Assembly: GCA_963785235.1 (NCBI GenBank)
Contig: CAWAUM010000003.1
Coordinates: forward strand, 64,001-128,000
Origin: an uncultured delta proteobacterium
GTDB taxonomy: Bacteria; Desulfobacterota; Desulfomonilia; UBA1062
Length of the DNA stretch: 64,000 bases
Reading direction: 5' to 3'
Both the position numbers and the translations under genes were made by a program. The notes beneath the pieces are model-generated. The model did no database searches. It was given only the letters and a program-made list of their open reading frames with translations, and was not told where the DNA came from. Below, piece by piece: positions 1 to 10,180 of this stretch (the first letter of the stretch is position 1; every line of letters begins with the position of its first letter).

Positions 1-546
1 GAATCTCTCATCACACTGCCCATGGTGCTGCCGCCAACAGTGCTCGGTTTCTACCTCCTTGTGGTCATGGGGCCAAAGGGGGCGGCAGGCAATGCCTGGC
101 AGGCCATGACCGGCTCATCTCTCCTCTTCACCTTCACGGGCATCGTGATCGCCTCTGTCTTCTACAGCCTGCCCTTTGCAGTACAACCGCTCAAGGCGGC
201 CTTTGCCCGCATCGACCGGCGGATTCTCGAAAATGCCGCTGTGCTGGGTCTTTCACCGCTGGCCATCTTCTTCCGGGTCGTCATCCCGAATTCCCTGGCC
301 GGTTTTGCCGCAGCCGCGATCCTGGTTTTTCTGCACACCATGGGGGAATTCGGTGTTATCCTCATGGTTGGAGGCAGCATACCCGGTGAGACCAGGGTGG
401 CCTCCATCGCCGTCTACGAGGCTGTGGAGTCTCTCAGGTACCAGGATGCATGGATCATGTCCGTGGTTCTGGCGCTGATCAGTTTTTCTTTTCTCATCGT
501 TGTGAACCGCCTGACCGGAGAGGGTGCCAATGGCTTTACAGGCTGA
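1..546 (+). CDS. modB: Molybdate ABC transporter permease (5' end outside window)
   Basis: LPMVLPPTVLGFYLL and GEFGVILMVGGSIPGETRVASIAVYE motifs; overlaps modC start. Confidence 0.9.
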   Translation, partial: ESLITLPMVLPPTVLGFYLLVVMGPKGAAGNAWQAMTGSSLLFTFTGIVIASVFYSLPFAVQPLKAAFARIDRRILENAAVLGLSPLAIFFRVVIPNSLAGFAAAAILVFLHTMGEFGVILMVGGSIPGETRVASIAVYEAVESLRYQDAWIMSVVLALISFSFLIVVNRLTGEGANGFTG

Positions 547-1281
547 CATCACCCGGAGGCTGAAGCACTACACCCTGAAGGTCTCGCTTTCATGCGAAGC
601 AGGTAAAATACTGTCCATCGTCGGACCTTCGGGCGCGGGCAAGACCACGATCCTGCGCATCATTGCAGGTCTGGATACGCCGGATGAAGGCAGCATCACC
701 TGCGGGACAGAGACATGGACGGACATGGGAAAAGGGATCATGATACCCACCCGCAGGCGGGCTATCGGCATGGTCTTCCAGGAGTTCCCCCTGTTTCCGC
801 ACCTGAGCGTCTGGAAGAATGTCTGTTTCTCCGCCCAGGACAAGGATCTCGCCCGGGCGTATATGGAACGGTTCGGCATCTGGCACCTGAAGGACAGCAG
901 GCCGGATGCCATCTCGGGTGGTGAAAAGCAGCGGTGCGCAATCTGCCAGGCCCTTGCCCGGAAACCGCAGGCGCTGCTCATGGACGAACCGTTCTCAGCC
1001 TTGACCCGCTCACCAGAAGGAATCTCCGCGATGCACTGCGCTTCATGAAGGCAGAGCTAAACATCCCCATCATCCATGTCACCCATGACATCCGGGAGGC
1101 ATTGTTCCTGGCCGACGAGATCCTGCCCGTGGTGAACGGCCGCGTATTCCACAAGTGGCTGCTCCAGTTCATGATCACGGCAAAAGAGGGATTCCAGTGC
1201 AGGGAACATAACCGTGAATCAGCCGAAGAGATGTTTGACGAGATCGAACTGCCAATAAGAATTAAGGAGTATATGAGATGA
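530..1281 (+). CDS. modC: Molybdate ABC transporter ATPase, frameshifted near 1003 (probably a sequencing indel)
   Basis: Walker A GPSGAGKTT, ISGGEKQR, LLMDEPFSA in ORF 524..1048; LDP...HVTHD continues in ORF 934..1281. Confidence 0.8.
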
Positions 1282-1892
1282 ATATCGGAACATACACCAT
1301 CGACGACTATATGCACCTGGTCAAGTCATTCCACGGAAATGTCGCTCCGGGCCTCATCATCGGAGGGTTCATGGTGGACCTTGCCATGAAGAACCTGCCG
1401 GAGGGCATCCTGTACGATGCCATCTGCGAGACCCAGACATGTCTCCCGGATGCGGTGCAGCTGCTGACACCCTGCACCGTAGGCAATGGGTGGCTCAGGG
1501 TGCTCGGGTTCGGCCGTTTTGCCCTGTGCCTGTATGACAAGTACGAGGGCGACGGGGTGCGGGTGTTCATGGACCCGAAAAAGCTTAAGGACTGGCCCGA
1601 GATCAATGCATGGTTCTTCAAGCTCAAGGCCAAGAAAGATCAGGATGCAGCGGCCCTGAGAGACCAGATCATAGAAGCGGGTACTGAGATCCTCACCATA
1701 GAGCGTGTGCACGTGGACAGTACCAAGATCGGAAAGAAGGGCAAGGGGGCCATCGCCACATGCCCCTCGTGCGGCGAGGCATACCCGGCAAAAGATGGAG
1801 CAACTTGCCTTGCCTGCCAGGGAGGCAACCCGTATAAACAGAGATTACCGGAAGATAAACATGGAACCAAGCCAACCTTGAAAATTATATAA
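1278..1892 (+). CDS. FmdE-family protein with C-terminal Cys4 zinc finger
   Basis: FHGNVAPGLIIG, CLPDAVQLLTPCTVGNG, CPSCGE...CLAC. Confidence 0.85.
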   Translation: MNIGTYTIDDYMHLVKSFHGNVAPGLIIGGFMVDLAMKNLPEGILYDAICETQTCLPDAVQLLTPCTVGNGWLRVLGFGRFALCLYDKYEGDGVRVFMDPKKLKDWPEINAWFFKLKAKKDQDAAALRDQIIEAGTEILTIERVHVDSTKIGKKGKGAIATCPSCGEAYPAKDGATCLACQGGNPYKQRLPEDKHGTKPTLKII

Positions 1893-2028
1893 TCCGGATT
1901 TTACATTGAAGAGGAGTAAAAAAACTTAATCCGTTAAAAATCTCAATCTTGCAGCCTTTGGTGAATGCTGATTTTCTCGGTCCTTCAAGGCTGCAAGATT
2001 GAGGTTTTTAACGGACCTATTTAAAAAC
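1893..2028. repeat. Intergenic hairpin element, long-loop copy A1
   Basis: 29-bp arms 1930..1958 and 1987..2015 (one mismatch), 28-nt loop; homologous to copies near 12373, 29591, 41050 in the opposite orientation. Confidence 0.9.
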
Positions 2029-2084
2029 AATTCCAATGTTATTATGAGTTCTTTACTAAAGGGTAAGCGAGACAAAAATTCAAC

Positions 2085-3203
2085 TCAAGATCGTTTATAT
2101 GAGGACAACTGTTCGGGCTGCAGAATAACATGTACGGCAGTGGCCTTGAATACGGCAACGATGCGCATCCCGGTTTCTATGTGCAGGTCATCCATTGCCT
2201 GCTGTGTCACATGAGCACTGAGCGGGAAACCGCAATCGATCTGTATCCTGAAAAGGAGCCCGATGGTCTGTATCTTCGTCACAGTACCTGGAAAAACATT
2301 CCGGGCGCTCGAGTCGGCAGCATAGTCTGCGGGAAAGACCATGACGCTCTCCGGGCGTATGAAGCACATGACCCGCTCTCCTAAAGAAAAGGCGCCTGTG
2401 CCATAGATGCTCTGATGGTTGATGCCCACTTCGAGCACGCCCCCGGAAGATCCTCTCACCTCTCCTGCAAGCATGGTTTCGACCCCGACGAATAGGGCAA
2501 CGGTCTCATTGACCGGTTGGTGAATCACCGAAGACGGGGTGCCTATCTGTACGATCCTGCCGCCATCCATCACCGCGATCCGACTGGAGAGCCGCAGGGC
2601 ATCCATACGATCATGGGTGGCCATGATGGCAGTGGTATGCTTAATCCTCATGACGTGGCCCAGGTCTTCGATGATGGATTCCTTGGTGGGCGGGTCCAGC
2701 GATGCAAAGGGTTCGTCTAATAAAATCAATTCCGGGTCAGTGGCAAAGGCCCTGGCCAGGCTTGTCCTCTGCGCCTCACCGCCGGAGATCTTCCGGGCCG
2801 AGCGGGATGACAGGTGAGAGATACCGAAGAGCGCAAGGTTTTCTTCCACCACCGGCCGAATCCGGGACCGGCCCATGCCTCGAATCTTGAGCCCGGATGC
2901 CACGTTGTCGTAGACCGTTGCATCGAAAAGGAGAGGCTCCTGGAATACCATGGCCACGCGGCGCCGGAAAGCAAGCACCTCTGTCCCGTTATCTACGCGC
3001 CTTCCCTGGAAACTGAGTTCGCCTGCCTCACGTTTCACAAGACCTGCCAGGCTCACCAGCAGCGTGGACTTACCCGTGCCGTTGGGACCGATGATGGAGA
3101 GGAATTCCCCTTTCGCCACAGAGAACTCGGGGATATCGAGTACGGGTGTTCCCCCGCGGCTGACCCTCAGGCCGCTCACCTGCAGGATGGTATCGCTGCT
3201 CAT
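2085..3203 (-). CDS. tupC: Tungstate ABC transporter ATPase with C-terminal TOBE domains
   Basis: GPNGTGKST, ISGGEAQR, LLDEPF, C-terminal VFKATAVH; start MSSDTIL at 3203. Confidence 0.85.
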   Translation of the reverse strand: MSSDTILQVSGLRVSRGGTPVLDIPEFSVAKGEFLSIIGPNGTGKSTLLVSLAGLVKREAGELSFQGRRVDNGTEVLAFRRRVAMVFQEPLLFDATVYDNVASGLKIRGMGRSRIRPVVEENLALFGISHLSSRSARKISGGEAQRTSLARAFATDPELILLDEPFASLDPPTKESIIEDLGHVMRIKHTTAIMATHDRMDALRLSSRIAVMDGGRIVQIGTPSSVIHQPVNETVALFVGVETMLAGEVRGSSGGVLEVGINHQSIYGTGAFSLGERVMCFIRPESVMVFPADYAADSSARNVFPGTVTKIQTIGLLFRIQIDCGFPLSAHVTQQAMDDLHIETGMRIVAVFKATAVHVILQPEQLSSYKRS

Positions 3204-3900
3204 CGAGGCCGCTCCCGCTGCTGGATGCTCGGTGAGGATGGCATTGATACAGAAGCTGAAGAGCAAGAGGATCACTCCGAGTGCAATGGCAACATCGAAA
3301 TTGCCCCGGCCGGTCTCCATGACCGTTGCCGTGGTCAGCACCCGCGTATAACCCTTGATGTTGCCGCCCACCATGATGGAGGCCCCGACCTCGGAGATGA
3401 CCCCGCCGAACCCTGCCATCACCGCTGCGAGCAGGGGCAGCCTGGCCTCCTTGATGAGCATCCAGATCATCTGGAGCCGGGTGGCACCCAAGCGCCAGGA
3501 TCTGGAGTCGCAGGGCCTCAGGGAGCTTCTGGATGGAGGCCAGCGATATCCCTGCTACGATGGGCGTGGCAATGACGGCCTGGGCGATGATGATGGCCAT
3601 GGGTGTGTAGAGGAGTTCCAGCATGCCGAAGGGGCCGTTGCGCCACAGGAAGATCGTCACGAACAGGCCTACAACAACAGGAGGCACGCCCATGCCGGTA
3701 TTGATGAGGCTTACCACAAGCCTGCGGCCGGGGAAGCGCGTCAGTGCCACAACCGTTCCCAGCGATATGCCTATGAAGAGGCTGATGAAGGTGGCCAGCC
3801 CGGAAACCTTGAGCGAGAGCCACGTGATCCCGAGCACCTCGGGGTCAAACGTTATCAAGAGCCAGAGTGCCTTTTTAATACCTTCTAGGATCAGCTCCAT
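3200..3900 (-). CDS. tupB: Tungstate ABC transporter permease (indels near 3490 and 3232)
   Basis: NTGMGVPPVVVGL in ORF 3070..3900; ISEVGASIMVGGNIKGYTRVLTT in the other frame; corrected end reads IQQRERPR* overlapping the tupC ATG. Confidence 0.8.
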
Positions 3901-3928
3901 GGCACTTCCTTATGGCTCATCTTTAATA

Positions 3929-3961
3929 TGAGAAGAACCGGGCAGGAAAGTCCCTGCCCGG
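3929..3961 (-). terminator. Stem-loop between tupA and tupB (terminator or mRNA stabiliser)
   Basis: CCGGGCAGG-N6-CCTGCCCGG followed by TTCTTCT on the minus strand. Confidence 0.55.
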
Positions 3962-3978
3962 CATATTACATGTGGACC

Positions 3979-4827
3979 TTAATCGAACTCAGGTTTGCCT
4001 GCGTCCGGGAAAAACAGCGGGCTGCCGTACTTGTCCACACCGAACTTGGCAATGATGTCCTGTACCTCCTTGCTGACCATGAAGTCGGCAAAGGCTTTGG
4101 CTGCAGGGGCATTCACCTTGGGGAACTTGGTCGGATTCACATCGATGACGTGGTAGATGTTCAGCAATACCTTGTCTCCTTCCACCAGGATATCCAGGCC
4201 GAGGTTTTTCTTCAGCGACAGGTAGGTGCCACGGTCGGCAAGGGTATAGGTCTTCTTCTCGGCTGCCACAGCGAGCGTCTGGCCCATGCCGAGGCCTGTC
4301 TGCTGATACCATTTCTGTCCTTCAGGATTGATCCCGGCTGCCTTCCAGACATCTTTCTCCTTGGCGTGCGTTCCGGAGTTGTCGCCACGCGACATGAAGA
4401 CAGCACCCTTGGCAGCGATCTGCTTGAAGGCCTCGGCTGCGGATTTCATGCCCTTGATGCCGGCGGGATCGGACGGCGGTCCCACGATGATAAAGTCATT
4501 ATGCATGACGAGCTTGCGGTTGACACCGTTTCCTTCGCTCATGAACTTCTTCTCAGCAGCGGGCGAGTGCACGAGCAGGACATCGGCCTCGCCCTTGGCG
4601 CCCATGGCCATGGCCTGGCCTGACCCTACCGCAATGGTCTTTACGAAGAAACCGGTCTTCTTCTCAAAGATCGGGTTGAGCACATCCAGCAGTCCCGTGT
4701 CCTGGGTGCTGGTGGTGGTGGCCAGGATCAGGTTCTTCTGCTCGGCGGCCGAGGCCGGTGAGCTCACAAACAGGGCTGCCATGCACAGGGCCAGTATCCA
4801 TACCAACGACAGGTTACGTATCTTCAT
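3979..4827 (-). CDS. tupA: Tungstate-binding periplasmic protein
   Basis: Signal peptide, LATTTSTQDTGLL, SRGDNSGTH, YTLADRGTY. Confidence 0.9.
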   Translation of the reverse strand: MKIRNLSLVWILALCMAALFVSSPASAAEQKNLILATTTSTQDTGLLDVLNPIFEKKTGFFVKTIAVGSGQAMAMGAKGEADVLLVHSPAAEKKFMSEGNGVNRKLVMHNDFIIVGPPSDPAGIKGMKSAAEAFKQIAAKGAVFMSRGDNSGTHAKEKDVWKAAGINPEGQKWYQQTGLGMGQTLAVAAEKKTYTLADRGTYLSLKKNLGLDILVEGDKVLLNIYHVIDVNPTKFPKVNAPAAKAFADFMVSKEVQDIIAKFGVDKYGSPLFFPDAGKPEFD

Positions 4828-4855
4828 GATTTTCTCCTTTTCTCTATTCTTACGT

Positions 4856-5710
4856 TTACTGTTTCTTGTTCTTTGCCTTGAATGCGTCAGACTCCGGGAA
4901 GAACAGGGGCTGGCCGTATGTGTCCTTGCCGAAGGACTCGATGATCTTCTGGCCCTTGTCCGGGTCAGTGAGCCAGTTCACAAAGGACATGGCCTCCTTG
5001 TTATAGACCCGGGGGCACTTTGCCGGGTTCACCGGGATGAGTGAGATATGGTTGAGGAGCGCTTCGTCCCCTTCCACCAGTACCACGAGCTTGATCTTGT
5101 CCTTTATTGTCAGGTAAGTAGCCCGGTCGATCACGGTATAGGATGCCTTCTGGTCGGTGAAAAGCAGGGTCGGCACATTCCCTTCGGAACCCTTCTCATA
5201 CACGGTATACCATGCCCCGGATGGGTTGATGCCGGCCTTGGCCCAGAGATCCATTTCAGCAATATGGGTGCCTGATTTGTCTCCCCGGCTGATGAAAGGG
5301 CGCGCCTTTGTAGAAATTGCCTTAAGTGCCTCTGTGGCAGACTTCATGCCCTTGATCCCAGCCGGGTCCGAGGCCGGACCCACGATGACGAAGTCGTTGT
5401 ACATGAGCGGGATGCGGCCGGTGCCGAAGCCAGCTGCCACAAACTTCTCTTCCAGGGCCTTGGCATGCACCAGGACGAGGTCCACGCTACACTGCTCCCC
5501 TATCTTGATCGCTGCACCCGTACCCGCCCCCACATGCCGCACCCGTATGCCTGTCTCCTTCTCGAACTGATTTTCGAGCGCATCGACAATTCCCGAGTCG
5601 ATGGGACCGATTGTACTGGCCATAAGGATAAACCCTTCGGCCTCAGCTCGTCCGGGTGCCGGCAGACATATGAACAAAGCGCACACAACTATGAAAAGCC
5701 ACTTTCCCAT
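4856..5710 (-). CDS. Second TupA-family binding protein with variant STIG motif
   Basis: MASTIGPIDSG, SRGDKSGTH, YTVIDRATY; paralogue of the adjacent tupA. Confidence 0.85.
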   Translation of the reverse strand: MGKWLFIVVCALFICLPAPGRAEAEGFILMASTIGPIDSGIVDALENQFEKETGIRVRHVGAGTGAAIKIGEQCSVDLVLVHAKALEEKFVAAGFGTGRIPLMYNDFVIVGPASDPAGIKGMKSATEALKAISTKARPFISRGDKSGTHIAEMDLWAKAGINPSGAWYTVYEKGSEGNVPTLLFTDQKASYTVIDRATYLTIKDKIKLVVLVEGDEALLNHISLIPVNPAKCPRVYNKEAMSFVNWLTDPDKGQKIIESFGKDTYGQPLFFPESDAFKAKNKKQ

Positions 5711-5802
5711 AATTTTTCCTCCCTTAATTTCGTTGACTACATGGTCTCTGTATTTTTATAAATTCTGTGTTGCCAAGCTTATTCATTCCCTCATCTGAAA
5801 GA

Positions 5803-6720
5803 CTATTTCGGATACACGACCATTCCAGTCTCCCGGTCGCTGTATCCCTTCATCATCTCGAGAAGGCCCCTGAAATGAGGTGACCTTATGAACTCTACAA
5901 ATGCCTGGACATGGCGATCAAAGAAGGCCTCCTTTTTCACAACCATGTCGAACCGCTCTTCAAAGATTGGGAAGAACACCAGTCGGGAACTCACAGCAAC
6001 CGACTCGGCAGCTATTCCCACGTCCGTCAGGCCTGTGGCAACAGACCGCACCACGTCATAGTGGGTGAAAACCTGGTCATTATACCCTGTGAGCTCAGAC
6101 GGCTTAATTCCTTCATCCTCAATGAGACGATCAACAAGGGCACGAACACCCGATCCCTCCTGCCGGTTGATGAAACGCAGCTTGTTGTCCACGCATTCCT
6201 TCATGGACTGCACTGCCACATCTCTCGATACAAATCCAATAGTCCGATGAAAGAGGTTTATCACAACCAGTTCATCCGCGTTTTGAAAGTACTCCCGGAT
6301 ACAGAAAAAATTGAAGTCATCCAGTTTGTTATCATAGAGGTGACTCACTGCAATTGTGCAGAAACTTTCCTTTAAAAGCCTGATCCCTTCCCTGCTCCCC
6401 ACGCTGGACGAAAATAAGAGGTAATCCGGGAACATCTTGTGAAAATGTCCCTGGGCAATGGAGATGACCGGGTCATCGGACCCGCACATAAGCAATACCT
6501 TTTTGTTGACCAGCGATTCCCAGAATGGTTTTTTAACTGTTTCCAGTGCCTTGCCCTTCACAAACAGTTCGAGTTGGGCCTTTGGAAAAAGCCATTTGCC
6601 TGTTACCTTTGTCCCGGGCAGCCTTCCTTCCTTAACCAGGGCATAGAGTTTTTTTTCATTGATATTGAGGAACTTTGATGCCTCTTTAACTGTCAATAAG
6701 TCGCTATTTTCTTCTTTCAT
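5803..6720 (-). CDS. Excisionase-type HTH plus molybdate/tungstate-binding (PBP-like) transcriptional regulator
   Basis: LLTVKEASKFLNINEKKLYALVKEGRLPGTKVTGKWLFP; GSDDP, FINRQEGSGVR, EERFDMV. Confidence 0.85.
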   Translation of the reverse strand: MKEENSDLLTVKEASKFLNINEKKLYALVKEGRLPGTKVTGKWLFPKAQLELFVKGKALETVKKPFWESLVNKKVLLMCGSDDPVISIAQGHFHKMFPDYLLFSSSVGSREGIRLLKESFCTIAVSHLYDNKLDDFNFFCIREYFQNADELVVINLFHRTIGFVSRDVAVQSMKECVDNKLRFINRQEGSGVRALVDRLIEDEGIKPSELTGYNDQVFTHYDVVRSVATGLTDVGIAAESVAVSSRLVFFPIFEERFDMVVKKEAFFDRHVQAFVEFIRSPHFRGLLEMMKGYSDRETGMVVYPK

Positions 6721-7018
6721 TTTTTTCCTCGAAAATAATTGCTTATCATTACCATAAATCATATATATTCACCAAGCCTCTGTTCATCTTTATTCTTTAT
6801 AATACTTGTAGGACTTAAGGATATTCTATGCCCGCTTACTATTCATGCATGCGCGGGAGATAAACCTGTATTCTGACAACAACCAGGCAAGACTTCCCTG
6901 ATGGATTATGGATTAAATATTGAATGGCAGGATTTTTATGTCGGCGAAGTCCTGTACGGTTAGGGAGTACCTTTCCGCCACAGGACCTGGCCGGGAATGG
7001 AAAAATGCCTCAGTAAGA

Positions 7019-7570
7019 TTATTTCTCTGCGCCGTCGGGTTGAGGTTCTGCTTTGACTGCTTCAGGCTCGACCTTGGGTTCCTTTGCCTTGGTTTTCTTT
7101 TCAGGCTTGGGCTCCTTCTCAGGCTTTGCCTCCTTCTCGGCCTTAGGTTCCTTATCAGGCTTAGGCTCTTTTTCGGCCTTGGGTTCCTTCACAGGCTTAG
7201 GCTCTTTTTCGACCTTGGGTTCCTTTTCGGCCTTAGGTTCCTTCGGGGCCTTATCAGACTTGGCCTTCTTTTCCTTCTTAGGGGCCGGGGCCTCTACAAC
7301 GGCCTTCTTAACCTTTTCCTTCACTACCGGTGCGGCCTTCTTCTCTTCCTTGACCCTGGCCATTTCCTTGATCTTCTCATCCTTGGCCAGAATAGCCCGT
7401 AACCTGAATGCAGTATCCTTGATCTTTGCCTTGATCTTGCGGACCACGGTATCTTTGGTTATCTCTTTTGCACTTACCCCTTCGCTCTTCAGGACCTCCA
7501 GGCGCTGGTTCAGCTTAAGTTCCCACTGCGCCTTCTGAGTTTCCCTGACATTTTTCAATTTGGACGCCAT
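7019..7570 (-). CDS. Hypothetical basic protein with KEPKxE hexapeptide repeat tail
   Basis: AGGAG RBS before MASKLK; Lys/Glu/Pro-rich 18-bp periodic repeat about 7070..7245. Confidence 0.75.
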   Translation of the reverse strand: MASKLKNVRETQKAQWELKLNQRLEVLKSEGVSAKEITKDTVVRKIKAKIKDTAFRLRAILAKDEKIKEMARVKEEKKAAPVVKEKVKKAVVEAPAPKKEKKAKSDKAPKEPKAEKEPKVEKEPKPVKEPKAEKEPKPDKEPKAEKEAKPEKEPKPEKKTKAKEPKVEPEAVKAEPQPDGAEK

Positions 7571-7679
7571 TACTACTCCTTTCTCCTGATATCGTCTGCC
7601 ACCTTGGCTTACAAAGCATACACAATCCAATTTTGGCAAGGGTTTCCTGTGTAGCATAGATTAACAGCATTTTCCAGAA

Positions 7680-8369
7680 CTATGAAGTTATGTCATTTGC
7701 CTTGTTCCATTTTCTATAAATCACCGGGACTAAAGCAAAAATACCGAGCAAGGCAAGAGAGGTGAGCACCCTGGGGCTGGATACCTGGCTGATGTTCTCG
7801 ATACTAGCCAGGCTTGCCCCTGCATTGGCAAAAACAAAACTGCCCGGGAGGATGCCTATTACTGTCCCGGCCAGATAGGTCCTGATTGAAAGACCGGTTA
7901 CCCCGCAGGCCAGGTTCACCAGGAAGAAGGGAAAAAGCGGAACGAGTCTGAGGAACAACAGGTAGGAAAGACCGTTTTTCGATAAACCCCTGTCAAATGC
8001 CTTCATCTTCTCCCCGAACCGCTTCATGACCCAGTCCCTGAGCAGGGTACGCGCCAGGAGAAAGGCCAGCAGAGCACCTGTGGAAGCCCCGATATTGACC
8101 CAGAGAGTCCCCATGGCAGCCCCGAATATGGCGCCCCCTGCAAGGGTCAATATGGCAGCCCCGGGTAGTGAGAGCGCTGTCTGTACGATATAGATCAGGA
8201 TGAATCCCAAAGTGAAAGCCGCCGTGTGGGACTGATAGGCAAGCAAAAGTGATTGTCTGTTCTCCTTCAAGCTCGACAGGGTCAAAAATTGCTGCAGATC
8301 AAGAATGTAGAAAAGAGCAATAGCCCCTGTCATCAAAAGGAGAATCATAAACCTTTTCTTCATATCCAT
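7680..8369 (-). CDS. TVP38/TMEM64 (VTT/DedA-like) membrane protein
   Basis: ALSLPGAAILTLAGGAIFG, LFLRLVPLFPFFLVN, GILPGSFVFANAG. Confidence 0.9.
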   Translation of the reverse strand: MDMKKRFMILLLMTGAIALFYILDLQQFLTLSSLKENRQSLLLAYQSHTAAFTLGFILIYIVQTALSLPGAAILTLAGGAIFGAAMGTLWVNIGASTGALLAFLLARTLLRDWVMKRFGEKMKAFDRGLSKNGLSYLLFLRLVPLFPFFLVNLACGVTGLSIRTYLAGTVIGILPGSFVFANAGASLASIENISQVSSPRVLTSLALLGIFALVPVIYRKWNKANDITS

Positions 8370-8545
8370 TACAATAGACTCACCCTGGCTTCTGCACAAG
8401 CGTAAGCATGTAATCAACACTATATGCATTGCATTTAAGGCAAACCTCCTTGAATTTTATATTTCTGAACGTACTATAATAGAAGGACATGGCTCCCATT
8501 CAATATAACGCCGGTCAATAAATTTATGGTAAAGGAGGAAAGCTC

Positions 8546-9157
8546 ATGAAGGTTCTGGTTGTATTCTATTCCATGTACGGACATATCTACCAGATGGCCC
8601 AGGCTGTGGTAAAAGGGGCCCATGAGGTAGATGGGGCGGTAGTGGAACTGAAGCAGGTCCCGGAGACGCTGCCTGATGATGTCCTTGCAAAGATGGGTGC
8701 CACTGAGGCACGCAAGGCATTTGCCCACATCCCTGTCTGTACTGCCGGTGAACTCGCCTCCTACGATGCCATCATCTTCGGTGCCCCCACAAGGTTCGGC
8801 AACATGTGCGGCCAGATGAGGCAGTTCCTGGACGGAACTGGCCAGCTCTGGGCTCAGAACACCCTGGTGGGCAAGGTGGGCAGTGTATTCACGAGTTCCG
8901 CCACCCAGCACGGCGGCCAGGAATCAACCATCCTGAGCTTCCACACCACCCTGCTCCACCTGGGCATGATCATCGTAGGCCTGCCGTATTCCTTTGACCT
9001 GCAGAAGGACATCCATGAGATTACGGGATGTTCCCCCTACGGGGCCTCCACCATTGCAGGAGGTGACGGGAGCAGACTGCCGAGTACCCATGAGCTCACC
9101 GGGGCACGCTTTCAGGGCAGGCATGCGGCGACCATTGCCGCCAAGCTCTTCGCATGA
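8546..9157 (+). CDS. wrbA: NAD(P)H:quinone oxidoreductase, WrbA type
   Basis: [37 protein letters not shown]. Confidence 0.95.
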   Translation: MKVLVVFYSMYGHIYQMAQAVVKGAHEVDGAVVELKQVPETLPDDVLAKMGATEARKAFAHIPVCTAGELASYDAIIFGAPTRFGNMCGQMRQFLDGTGQLWAQNTLVGKVGSVFTSSATQHGGQESTILSFHTTLLHLGMIIVGLPYSFDLQKDIHEITGCSPYGASTIAGGDGSRLPSTHELTGARFQGRHAATIAAKLFA

Positions 9158-9170
9158 ACTCTTTACATAA

Positions 9171-10172
9171 TTAACCGCGGAGTCTCTTCTTGAGCTCCTT
9201 GATGAGCGCCATGCATACCTGGTTTGCATCCGCCACGATGGCTACATCCGCCATCTTCATCATGGCAGCGTTGGGGTTCTTGTTTATTGCGATAATGAAA
9301 CCGGCATCAATGATGCCGGCCGTATGCTGGATAGCGCCGCTTATGCCGAAGGATAGGAGGACCTTGGGCCTGATGTGCTTATCCGCCTGGCCCACAAGGG
9401 CTTCTTCGTCGGCCCATTTGGAATACACTACCGGCCTCGTGGCCCCCACCTCTCCCCCCAGGATCCTGGCAAGCTCGTAAAGGTTCTTGAATTTGCTCCG
9501 GCTGCCCATGCCCCTGCCACCGCACACAACAACCGCAGCCTCCTCGAGCTTCTGGGTTACGGGGGGTTTGCGCTCGGAGCTGATAAGGCGGATACGATCC
9601 TTAGGCAGATCATTGGGAAGAGGTATCCTTACAATTTCCCCTGTAGCCTGGTAGTTATGGGGGATTTCCTGGAAGATTCCAGGTCGCACCGTGGCCATCT
9701 GAGGCCTCTTCTCAGGGGTGATGATCTTGGTGAGCAGGTTGCCGCCAAAGGCGGGTGCTGTCTGTACAAGCAGCCCATCCTCGTTGATGTCAAGGCCCAC
9801 ACAGTCGGCAGTCAGACCTGCGCTGAGCCGTTTGGCTACCCGGGGCGCATACTCTCTGCCGAAGGTTGTGGCCCCCACCAGGATAATCTCGGGACGTTGG
9901 TCTTTGGCAAGGCGTTCCATAAGGGTGACATAGAGGTCGGTAGAATAGTCTTTGATGGACTCATCCTCAATCACATAGACCTTCTGTGCCCCATGGGCGA
10001 TATATTCACCCACCCATTCATCCACCTGGTGGCCGAACACGGTGGCACACACACATGCACCCAGCTTGGATGCAAGATCGGTAGCCCGCGAGAGGAGTTG
10101 CAGGGTTACCCGGTTCTGGAAATAATTGCGATAGTCCCCGAATACCCAGATCTCAGGTGCATGCAGTGTCAT
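9171..10172 (-). CDS. etfA: Electron transfer flavoprotein alpha subunit
   Basis: GLTADC, RPQMATVRPG, GGRGMG, GISGAIQH, AINKNPNA. Confidence 0.9.
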   Translation of the reverse strand: MTLHAPEIWVFGDYRNYFQNRVTLQLLSRATDLASKLGACVCATVFGHQVDEWVGEYIAHGAQKVYVIEDESIKDYSTDLYVTLMERLAKDQRPEIILVGATTFGREYAPRVAKRLSAGLTADCVGLDINEDGLLVQTAPAFGGNLLTKIITPEKRPQMATVRPGIFQEIPHNYQATGEIVRIPLPNDLPKDRIRLISSERKPPVTQKLEEAAVVVCGGRGMGSRSKFKNLYELARILGGEVGATRPVVYSKWADEEALVGQADKHIRPKVLLSFGISGAIQHTAGIIDAGFIIAINKNPNAAMMKMADVAIVADANQVCMALIKELKKRLRG

Positions 10173-10180
10173 GGACTCCC

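Noticed and set aside
2085-3491. Apparent TupB-TupC fusion protein (468 aa)
   Set aside because: Removing one base near 3232 restores a TupB end (IQQRERPR*) overlapping the tupC ATG; an indel artefact is more likely.
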